DNA of 28,627 nt from NCBI RefSeq assembly GCF_006345805.1, contig NW_021836749.1, positions 1 to 28,627 of the forward strand, read 5' to 3'. The DNA comes from Octopus sinensis (Eukaryota). Made by a program: the position numbers and the translations under genes. The notes below the pieces were generated by a model. It did no database searches. It was not told the DNA's origin and worked only from the letters and a program-made list of their open reading frames with translations. Positions 1-8,500 of this stretch are shown here, one piece after another (position 1 is the first letter of the stretch; each line of letters starts with the position of its first letter).

Positions 1-78
1 CTGAAAAGAGAAACTAGCGAAGAGCGAAATACCGCAAAGCATTTCAGCGCGCTAACGATTCTGCCAGCTCGTCGCCTT
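1..78 (-). mobile_element. 5' part of a tRNA-derived SINE (family A), running off the left edge
   Basis: The reverse complement begins ggcgacgagctggcagaatcgttagcgcg. The same motif (ctgccagctcg / aacgattc on + strand) recurs at ~26770-26790, 27775-27800 and, on +, at 2811-2840. Confidence 0.6.
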
Positions 79-81
79 AAT

Positions 82-82
<1 letters not shown>

Positions 83-145
<63 letters not shown>
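83..145. repeat. (AAT)n microsatellite
   Basis: About 21 near-perfect AAT units read directly. Confidence 0.95.
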
Positions 146-681
146 GCAGTGGCTCTCATGGCTTCTGATCTTAACTGACTGGAAGTGTTATCACGTACAT
201 TGTTTTGTCTTGGTATAAAAGATGGGCTACAGCAAATATTCTCCTCAATACCACAGATTTGCTTGTCAGTTGTTTGACCTTAACCAGTTGAGCATGTCCC
301 TTAGTGGCTGACGATATGTGCATCTCTGATCACGAGCAGAGGTAGTGGGGGAGCATCATAGCCATGTGTTGAGAGGGATTCTTTGGGGTTTGAATAATTC
401 ACCTGTAGAAACATGGGTGGTTCTTTCAACATCCTTAAACAACCCTTATTCAGGGACCTTTTGAGCGGGATGGGCTACTCAACCTGAAGAAAATTCTAAC
501 TGGGCCCCACCTGCAAGGTCATGTGCTGTTTATCTTGATATGAGATCACCATGTCGCGCACATATGGTTGTGATGCATGTGCCTGGTGTACCCTTATCAG
601 ACGGGTAGTCATGATGGGTATATTGGGCTTCGTATATTTTACCCCAGTGTCACTTTGATGGCATGAACTGCTCTCTCACTC
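146..681 (+). mobile_element. ~540-bp interspersed repeat, copy 1; probable non-LTR retrotransposon 3' region with trinucleotide tail
   Basis: Colinear with 746-1284 (gcagtggctctcatggc ... ctgctctctcactc) and ends directly in an (AAT)n/(GAT)n tail at 682-744. LINE origin is inferred from the tail. Confidence 0.6.
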
Positions 682-700
682 AATAATAATAATAATAATA

Positions 701-735
<35 letters not shown>

Positions 736-744
736 AATAATAAT
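682..744. repeat. (AAT)n(GAT)n(AAT)n compound microsatellite
   Basis: Read directly. Confidence 0.95.
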
Positions 745-745
745 A

Positions 746-1284
746 GCCCTGATGCAGTACCAGGCAGTGGCTCTCATGGCTCCTGATCTTAACTAATTGG
801 AAGTGTTATCTTGTACATATTTTGTCTTAGTATAAAAGATGGGCTACAGCAAATATTCTGACCAGCACCAAAGATATGCTTGTCAATTGTTTGACCATAA
901 CCAGTTGACCATATGACCATGGCTGATAATATGTGCATCTCTGATCATGAGCAGAAGTAGTGGGGCAGCATCATAGCCTTATGTTGAGAGGAATTCTTTG
1001 GGGTTTGGATAATTCAATCCTGGAAACAAGGCTGTTTCGTTCAACATCCTTAGGTAACCATTATTCAGGGACCTATTGACCAGAAGAAAATTCTAACTAG
1101 GCCCCCCCCACCTGTAAGGTCATTCACTGTTTATCTTGATATGAGATCACCATGTCGCGCACATATTGTTGTGGTGCATGTGCCTGGTGTACCCTTATCA
1201 GACGGGTAGTCATGATGGTTATAATGGGCTTCGTAGATTTTGTACCCCAGTGTTAATCTGACCGCATGCACTGCTCTCTCACTC
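746..1284 (+). mobile_element. ~540-bp interspersed repeat, copy 2 (slightly longer at the 5' end, more diverged)
   Basis: Colinear with 146-681, with extra 5' gccctgatgcagtaccag. Ends in an (AAC)n tail at 1285-1323. Confidence 0.6.
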
Positions 1285-1323
1285 AACAACAACAACAACA
1301 ACAACAACAACAAAAATAATAAT
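1285..1323. repeat. (AAC)n/(AAT)n microsatellite tail
   Basis: Read directly. Confidence 0.9.
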
Positions 1324-1505
1324 AAACCTTTGAAATTTAGTAGGTGTAGTCTAATCGATGAAGTCAACCCCAGTACTGAACTGGTACTTATTTTATTGAG
1401 CCCGAAAGGATGGAAAGCACAATCGAGCAGGGTCGCATCTGAACTCAGAGCGTAAAGACGGACGAAATCCCGCTAAGCATTTTTTCCGGTGAGCTTATGA
1501 TTCGA
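1324..1505 (-). mobile_element. tRNA-derived SINE, family A, degenerate
   Basis: Contains ccccagtactgaactggtacttatttt ... ctgaactcagagcgtaaagacggacgaaatcccgctaagcattt, the reverse complement of the + strand copy at 2811-2957. Confidence 0.65.
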
Positions 1506-1520
1506 ACAGCTTTTCCCCTC

Positions 1521-1670
1521 AGTAATAATCCTTTCTACTTTAGGCACGAAGCCTTAAATTTTATGGGAGCGGGTGGAGGGGCTTGTCGATTACATTACTT
1601 AATTTATTTTACTGAAAAGGATGAAAGGCCCAGTTTATCTCGGTTGAAGTTGAACTCAGAACATAAATAT
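1521..1670 (-). mobile_element. SINE family A, 3' fragment
   Basis: aataatcctttctactttaggcacgaagcc matches aacaatcctttctacggtcggcacaaggcc at 27597-27630; it continues to ttgaactcagaac. Confidence 0.55.
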
Positions 1671-1784
1671 GTGCCCAGAACATTTACAGAGCCACCCAGA
1701 CTGATGAGAAGGAGCGAGGTGTAGCGGAAGCGGAAACCTGATCCGGGTGCTTGCAACAAAAAAAAAACATAGCTAAAAGTACCC

Positions 1785-1930
1785 AAGATAACAGGATGTC
1801 TTATTAAACCGACTGAAGAAGTAAATCGAGGTGGCGAGGGAGAAGTCTGAACTCGGAGTACATCAGTCCAGAACAAATACCCCAAATATCCGGTCTACCA
1901 TCTTTACACTTCCGCTAATCCAGCGCCCTT
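1785..1930 (-). mobile_element. Highly decayed SINE family A fragment
   Basis: Weak matches only: aagtacc, tctgaactcggag, cagaacaaatacc, ccagcgcc. Confidence 0.35.
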
Positions 1931-2270
1931 GGTTGGCACTTCGTTACTTTAGCATAGACAAAGTTGACCTCTGTGGGATTCAAACACAGAATACAGACAC
2001 TCAGAAGAACCACAGTAAGGTAAGTTAACAGAATCTCTAATGACTCAGATAATACAGTACTTTGACTCGATCTGACTCAATCTGTTTAACACAACGACCT
2101 GGCTTTTCGGGTGATTTTAGTGGAGTCCATTCTGCATCAGCATTCAAGCCATGTACATGTATATGTGTGTATAAATATAGGGAGAGTTTACGAAAAAAAC
2201 GAAAGACGAAGGCAGGTGGTGTACAAAACAAACAGATGTATTAGTATAACGCTCAGGAATAGAAAAAAGT

Positions 2271-2306
2271 CTTTTACGTTTCGAGCCTACGCTCTTCTAC
2301 AGAAAG
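2271..2306 (-). ncRNA. Minimal type-I hammerhead ribozyme-like motif (CUGUAGA core variant)
   Basis: Minus strand reads CUUU-CUGUAGA-A-GAGC-GUAG-GCUC-GAAA-CGU-A-AAAG: stem I CUUU/AAAG, stem II GAGC/GCUC, palindromic ACGU stem III, GUA cleavage triplet. Confidence 0.55.
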
Positions 2307-2364
2307 GAACACAGAAAAAACAAGGAGAGAAAAAGATGTGTGTAGTGGATAACAATCAATCATG

Positions 2365-2380
2365 GCAGATGTATATAATA

Positions 2381-2434
<54 letters not shown>

Positions 2435-2550
2435 TATATGTATATGTATGTATAATATGTGTGTGTATATATATCTTCTATAAAATCCGTTCTGTCTGTG
2501 TGTGTGTGTGTGTTTATGTATGTGTATATATACATACATTATATATATAT
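2365..2550. repeat. (TA)n / (TG)n microsatellites within the left arm
   Basis: Read directly. Confidence 0.9.
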
Positions 2551-2810
2551 AATGAGGGTAACTTCTTTTTTCCTACGCACAAGTCTTAGATGCAAATGAG
2601 CAAGGTTATATACAACTAGCGAGCTGTTAGACATAGTAGCCAAAGCTCCCTAGAATTAGAAGTTAAATTGTTAAAAAAGAAAAAAAAAGAAAAGGTTCAT
2701 TAAATAATGCAGTCACAAGTACCCATAAACATACTGGTTGGGCATGGTAGGAATTCCGTTGTTCAAACGAGTGTTTCGTTAGATTCGAGTTGTCATTAAA
2801 TAATATTAAA

Positions 2811-2957
2811 GGCAGTTATGTGACAGAATCGTTAGCATGCCGGATTAAATGCTTAGCGGCATTTCGTCCGTCTTTACGTTCCAAGTTCAAAATTTCGCCG
2901 ATATCGACTTTACCTATCATCCTTTCGGGGTCGATGAAATAGGTACCAGTTGATCAC
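2811..2957 (+). mobile_element. tRNA-derived SINE family A, 5' two-thirds
   Basis: gacagaatcgttagcatgccgg ... aaatgcttagcggcatttcgtccgtctttacgttccaagttcaaa ... cctttcggggtcgatgaaataggtaccagtt. A degenerate B-box (agttcaaa) is present. Confidence 0.7.
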
Positions 2958-3514
2958 AGCCCCGTCCGGGTATTGCTGGCCTTGAGTCAAAATTTAGAAC
3001 CAATATCTAGCACCCTAAAAACCAATCTGGCAATAATTGCATCCATTTCTCCCACCCGTACAATATTTGTACCCACTTCTCCAGTCCTTACAATATGTGC
3101 TCCCTTTTCTCTACTCTACGATGTGCTTCCTTGTTCAATGATTTTCTATGTTACCCTAAAACTATTAGCCCCGTTACACCAATTCGAAAATACAGTCGAT
3201 AAAGTATAATGAATTAACCGACAAGAAAGCTATAGTTTTATGATAATGTACAACCCCGAGTAAACTTGTAACTGGACAAAATTTCAAATGCTACATGCCA
3301 GAGAATATAACAAGTCACAATGTCACACGAGCTTCCCATAAATGGTCACGAGCCGTTGTCTTACATCCCATTTTGTTGCAGGATTAATTCCACTCCTTTT
3401 ATCATCAAGAATTCATGTTTTCAAATCGATTCTTTCATCTTTTATGTTTTAGTTGGGCACCGCCTTTAAGAATTTTCGACGCAAATACTTCCTTTTTTTT
3501 TTAAACATCAGGCA

Positions 3515-3633
3515 CACAAACACACACACACACATACACGCACTTGTATACATACATACATACATACACACATACATACATACATACATACATACATGCA
3601 TGCATGCATACATACATACATACATACATACAT

Positions 3634-3684
<51 letters not shown>

Positions 3685-3827
3685 CATATATATATAATGT
3701 ATGTATATATACACATACATAAACACATACACACACAGACAGAGAGAACGGATTTTATATAATAGAAGATATATATACACACACATATATACACATACAT
3801 ATACATATAAATATATACACATACATA

Positions 3828-3865
<38 letters not shown>
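3515..3865. repeat. (CA)n/(TACA)n/(TA)n compound microsatellite
   Basis: Read directly. Confidence 0.95.
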
Positions 3866-3868
<3 letters not shown>

Positions 3869-4182
3869 GGTCCCGGGTTGAGTCGGGGTTAACCACAGTA
3901 AATAAGGTACTCAATACATAGCAGAGTAAATTAATTTATTTTAGTCCTGTAGAAGCTCCTTCTATAAAATAAAAAATATATATACATCTGCCATGATTGA
4001 TTGTTATCCACTACACACATCTTTTTCTCTCCTTGTTTTTTCTGTGTCCCTTTCTGTAGAAGAGCGTAGGCTCGAAACGTAAAAGACTTTTTCTATCCCT
4101 GAGCGTTATACTACTACATCTGTTTGTTTTGTACACCACCTGTCTTCGTCTTTTGTTTTTTTTTCGTAAACTCTTCCTATAT
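3686..4182 (+). repeat. Right arm of the long inverted repeat (carries a ~100-bp insertion at ~3866-3962)
   Basis: Reverse complement of 2175-2550. The segment gtaggtcccggg...gaagctcct has no counterpart in the left arm. Confidence 0.8.
4050..4085 (+). ncRNA. Minimal type-I hammerhead ribozyme-like motif (CUGUAGA core variant)
   Basis: cttt(4050-53) CTGTAGA(4054-60) A GAGC gtag GCTC(4062-73) GAAA(4074-77) CGT A(4081) aaag(4082-85). This motif is identical to the minus-strand copy at 2271-2306. Confidence 0.55.
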
Positions 4183-4377
4183 ATATATATATTTATATAT
4201 ATGTACATACATATACATACACACACACACACATATACATACACACATACATACATGTATATGTATGTCATTCTTCAGTTTAATTTCAAGATTTCTTGTC
4301 AATAGAGAAAGAACTGGTTTCTAATCTATATCCAAGGTTTCTTTATTGGAATTTCAACATCAACAACACAGTATTTT

Positions 4378-4528
4378 TTATGTGTGTATGTCTGCACGTA
4401 TGTATGCATGCATGTATGTATGTATGTATGTATGTATGTATGTATGTATGTATGTATGTATGTATGTGTGTATGTATGTATGTATGTATGTATGTATGTA
4501 TGTATGTATATATATTGTATATATACAA

Positions 4529-4564
<36 letters not shown>

Positions 4565-4579
4565 CACACACACACACAT

Positions 4580-4612
<33 letters not shown>

Positions 4613-4627
4613 GCTAGATATATATAT
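4378..4627. repeat. (TATG)n/(TA)n/(CA)n compound microsatellite
   Basis: Read directly. Confidence 0.95.
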
Positions 4628-4760
4628 AGTTTCCGTCTACCAAATCCAATCACCAGGCCTGAGATTGTAGTAGAAGACGCTTACCCACGGTGCCACGCAG
4701 TAGGACTGAACCCGCAGACATATGGTTGCGATGCAAGCTTCTTGGCACTCAACCACGCCA
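4628..4760 (-). mobile_element. 5' half of tRNA/CORE-type SINE family B, diverged
   Basis: The reverse complement (ggcgtggttgagtg...gggttcagtcctactgcgtggcaccgtggg...gtcttctacta...ggatttggtagacggaaact) aligns with 23109-23260. Confidence 0.7.
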
Positions 4761-5360
4761 TATAAAATTCTGCGTAAGGTGCAGTCCCAGTTTTACAGCC
4801 CCAGACAATCGCCTTGTTAGTGAAATATCGGATTCCGTTCTATTCCCACCTACTAAAATATTCCTATTAGAATAAATTATTTCAAGGGACGTTACTATGT
4901 ATATTTTTTGCGAAGTTACTTCCCCTAGCTGCATGTTGTTTTCTTTTATTTTTTTATAGTTTTTGGTTTCCCGTTTTAACGTTGCTTCGAAATTTTATAT
5001 TTTCAGTGGAGACTGACTTTTAGCATAGCTTCCTCATTATTAATATTTGCTGCTAGTATAGTGGATTTCCTCAACTGCAGTATATTACTGGTACTTAATT
5101 TAGTGACCCGTAAACGATAAATGTTAAAATCTACGTGGGTTTTGAATTTAGAAGGTCGAATTTTATAACTAGATGACACAGCAACATTAAATGATCATAA
5201 CTAAAAAACCTAAATGAGAGTCACAGCATCAAGTAGTCCTTACAAGAGAATGCAATAAGAATTCATCATAAGCTACGGACGTCGTATTACACACACATAG
5301 CATTCTGTATATTTTACTAAATGCACGCAGGGTCGGTATTTGTCTCGAAAAAGCATCCTG

Positions 5361-5372
5361 TTATAAGCGTTT
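5361..5372 (+). repeat. Left target-site duplication TTATAAGCGTTT
   Basis: 11/12 identical to 22014-22025 and abuts U6 +1 exactly. Confidence 0.7.
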
Positions 5373-5397
5373 GTACTAGCTACGGCGGTACATATTT

Positions 5398-5429
<32 letters not shown>

Positions 5430-5481
5430 GGATGGCCCCTGCGCAAGGATGACACGCAAATTCGTGAAGCGTTCCATATTT
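5373..5481 (+). pseudogene. U6: Full-length U6 snRNA retrocopy (processed pseudogene) forming the 5' part of a chimera
   Basis: From AAAATTGG to CCATATTT it matches the canonical U6 sequence (ACAGAGA box 5413-5419, AGC triad 5425-5427) apart from an ATGG duplication at 5432-5435. The 5' hairpin GTACT-A-GC[TACG]GC-GGTAC is intact. Canonical ATATACT reads ATATTTT, creating an internal T4. No TATA element at about -30. Confidence 0.9.
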
Positions 5482-5494
5482 AAGTGGAGGCGCG

Positions 5495-5549
5495 TGGCTT
5501 AGTGGTTAGGGTGTTGAACTCATGATCGTAAGGTTGTGGTTTCGATTCC
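5495..5549 (+). promoter_or_regulatory. Pol III type-2 internal promoter of the SINE head (A-box TGGCTTAGTGG 5495-5505; B-box-like GGTTTCGATTCC 5538-5549)
   Basis: Matches the TRGCNNARYGG A-box. The B-box carries one extra T relative to GGTTCGANNCC. Spacing is tRNA-like. Confidence 0.7.
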
Positions 5550-8500
5550 TGAACCGGGCGATGCGTTGTGTTCTTGAGCAAAACACTTCATTTTTCACGT
5601 TGTTCCAGTCCACTCAGCCGGCAAAAATGAGTAATCCTGCGATGGACCGGTGTGTGGTTTCGATTCCTGGACCGGGCGACGCGTTGTGTTCCTGAGCAAA
5701 ACACTTCATTTTTCACGTTGTTCCAGTCCACTCAGCCGGCAAAAATGAGTAATCCTGCGATGGACCGGTGTGTGGTTTCGATTCCTGGACCGGGTGATGC
5801 GTTGTGTTCTTGAGCAAAACACTTCATTTTTCACGTTGTTCCAGTCCACTCAGCCGGCAAAAATGAGTAATCCTGCGATGGACCGGTGTGTGGTTTCGAT
5901 TCCTGGACCGGGCGACGCGTTGTGTTCCTGAGCAAAACACTTCATTTTTCACGTTGTTCCAGTCCACTCAGCCGGCAAAAATGAGTAATCCTGCGATGGA
6001 CCGGTGTGTGGTTTCGATTCCTGGACCGGGCGACGCGTTGTGTTCCTGAGCAAAACACTTCATTTTTCACGTTGTTCCAGTCCACTCAGCCGGCAAAAAT
6101 GAGTAATCCTGCGATGGACCGGTGTGTGGTTTCGATTCCTGGACCGGGTGATGCGTTGTGTTCTTGAGCAAAACACTTCATTTTTCACGTTGTTCCAGTC
6201 CACTCAGCCGGCAAAAATGAGTAATCCTGCGATGGACCGGTGTGTAGTTTCGATTCCTAGACCGGGCGACGCGTTGTGTTCCTGAGCAAAACACTTCATT
6301 TTTCACGTTGTTCCAGTCCACTCAGCCGGCAAAAATGAGTAATCCTGCGATGGACCGGTGTGTGGTTTCGATTCCTGGACCGGGCGATGCGTTGTGTTCT
6401 TGAGCAAAACACTTCATTTTTCACGTTGTTCCAGTCCACTCAGCCGGCAAAAATGAGTAATCCTGCGATGGACCGGTGTGTGGTTTCGATTCCTGGACCG
6501 GGCGATGCGTTGTGTTCTTGAGCAAAACACTTCATTTTTCACGTTGTTCCAGTCCACTCAGCCGGCAAAAATGAGTAATCCTGCGATGGACCGGTGTGTA
6601 GTTTCGATTCCTGGACCGGGCGATGCGTTGTGTTCTTGAGCAAAACACTTCATTTTTCACGTTGTTCCAGTCCACTCAGCCGGCAAAAATGAGTAATCCT
6701 GCGATGGACCGGTGTGTAGTTTCGATTCCTGGACCGGGCGATGCGTTGTGTTCTTGAGCAAAACACTTCATTTTTCACGTTGTTCCAGTCCACTCAGCCG
6801 GCAAAAATGAGTAATCCTGCGATGGACCGGTGTGTAGTTTCGATTCCTGGACCGGGCGATGCGTTGTGTTCTTGAGCAAAACACTTCATTTTTCACGTTG
6901 TTCCAGTCCACTCAGCCGGCAAAAAATGAGTAATCCTGCGATGGACCGGTGTGTGGTTTCGATTCCTGGACCGGGCGATGCGTTGTGTTCTTGAGCAAAA
7001 CACTTCATTTTTCACGTTGTTCCAGTCCACTCAGCCGGCCAAAAATGAGTAATCCTGCGATGGACCGGTGTGTAGTTTCGATTCCTGGACCGGGCGCGAT
7101 GCGTTGTGTTCTTGAGCAAAACACTTCATTTTTCACGTTGTTCCAGTCCACTCAGCCGGCAAAAATGAGTAATCCTGCGATGGACCGGTGTGTAGTTTCG
7201 ATTCCTGGACCGGGCGATGCGTTGTGTTCTTGAGCAAAACACTTCATTTTTCACGTTGTTCCAGTCCACTCAGCCGGCAAAAATGAGTAATCCTGCGATG
7301 GACCGGTGTGTGGTTTCGATTCCTGGACGGGCGATGCGTTGTGTTCTTGAGCAAAACACTTCATTTTTCACGTTGTTCCAGTCCACTCAGCCGGCAAAAA
7401 TGAGTAATCCTGCGATGGACCGGTGTGTAGTTTCGATTCCTGGACCGGGCGTTGCGTTGTGTTCTTGAGCAAAACACTTCATTTTTCACGTTGTTCCAGT
7501 CCACTCAGCCGGCAAAAATGAGTAATCCTGCGATGGACCGGTGTGTAGTTTCGATTCCTGGACCGGGCGATGCGTTGTGTTCTTGAGCAAAACACTTCAT
7601 TTTTCACGTTGTTCCAGTCCACTCAGACGGCAAAAATGAGTAATCCTGCGATGGACCGGTGTGTAGTTTCGATTCCTGGACCGGGCGATGCGTTGTGTTC
7701 TTGAGCAAAACACTTCATTTTTCACGTTGTTCCAGTCCACTCAGCCGGCAAAAATGAGTAATCCTGCGATGGACCGGTGTGTGGTTTCGATTCCTGGACC
7801 GGGCGATGCGTTGTGTTCTTGAGCAAAACACTTCATTTTTCACGTTGTTCCAGTCCACTCAGCCGGCAAAAATGAGTAATCCTGCGATGGACCGGTGTGT
7901 AGTTTCGATTCCTGGACCGGGCGATGCGTTGTGTTCTTGAGCAAAACACTTCATTTTTCACGTTGTTCCAGTCCACTCAGCCGGCAAAAATGAGTAATCC
8001 TGCGATGGACCGGGTGTGGTTTCGATTCCTGGACCGGGCGATGCGTTGTGTTCTTGAGCAAAACACTTCATTTTCACGTTGTTCCAGTCCACTCAGCCGG
8101 CAAAAATGAGTAATCCTGCGATGGACCGGTGTGTAGTTTCGATTCCTGGACCGGGCGATGCGTTGTGTTCTTGAGCAAAACACTTCATTTTTCACGTTGT
8201 TCCAGTCCACTCAGCCGGCAAAAATGAGTAATCCTGCGATGGACCGGTGTGTGGTTTCGATTCCTGGACCGGGCGATGCGTGTGTTCTTGAGCAAAACAC
8301 TTCATTTTTCACGTTGTTCCAGTCCACTCATCGGCAAAAATGAGTAATCCTGCGATGGACCGGTGTGTAGTTTCGATTCCTGGACCGGGCGATGCGTTGT
8401 GTTCTTGAGCAAAACACTTCATTTTTCACGTTGTTCCAGTCCACTCAGCCGGCAAAAATGAGTAATCCTGCGATGGACCGGTGTGTGGTTTCGATTCCTG

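Larger units (their letters stand above)
2175..2550 (-). repeat. Left arm of a long inverted repeat; Penelope-like terminal repeat with hammerhead motif
   Basis: Reverse complement of 3686-4182, including non-microsatellite text (gtttacgaaaaaaacgaaagacgaaggcaggtggtgtacaaaac; catggcagatgtata; tcttctataaaatccgttctgtctg). Confidence 0.8.

Noticed and set aside
1131-1455. ORFs with poly-L / poly-N
   Set aside because: Derived from the (AAC)n tail and adjacent repeats.
2958-3450. Unique spacer with a 78-aa ORF (2973-3209) and an acceptor-like ttgcag near 3380
   Set aside because: Non-ATG start, no recognisable motif and no supporting exon structure.
3449-4653. [12 protein letters not shown] ORFs (also 2362-2589 and 24302-25240)
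   Set aside because: Microsatellite translations.
5361-5367. TTATAAG as the TATA box of a functional U6 gene
   Set aside because: It lies at -12 to -6 rather than about -30, and it is better explained as part of the target-site duplication repeated at 22014.
5477-5483. Alternative 7-bp TSD TATTTAA (5477-5483 / 22000-22006) around the SINE alone
   Set aside because: Short and AT-only, so likely by chance, and it overlaps the U6 3' end. The 12-bp duplication abutting U6 +1 is the stronger explanation, though this alternative is not fully excluded.
5486-5560. tRNA gene (also the heads at 23109, 28245 and 28319)
   Set aside because: A/B boxes are present but I could not build an acceptor or T stem; each runs into a SINE body.
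5643-5675. TGGACCGG direct repeat within the monomer as the cause of duplication, or as a substitute A-box
   Set aside because: Recombination between these 8-mers would give a 93-bp unit lacking the B-box, not 118 bp. As an A-box it has several mismatches and sits too close to the B-box.
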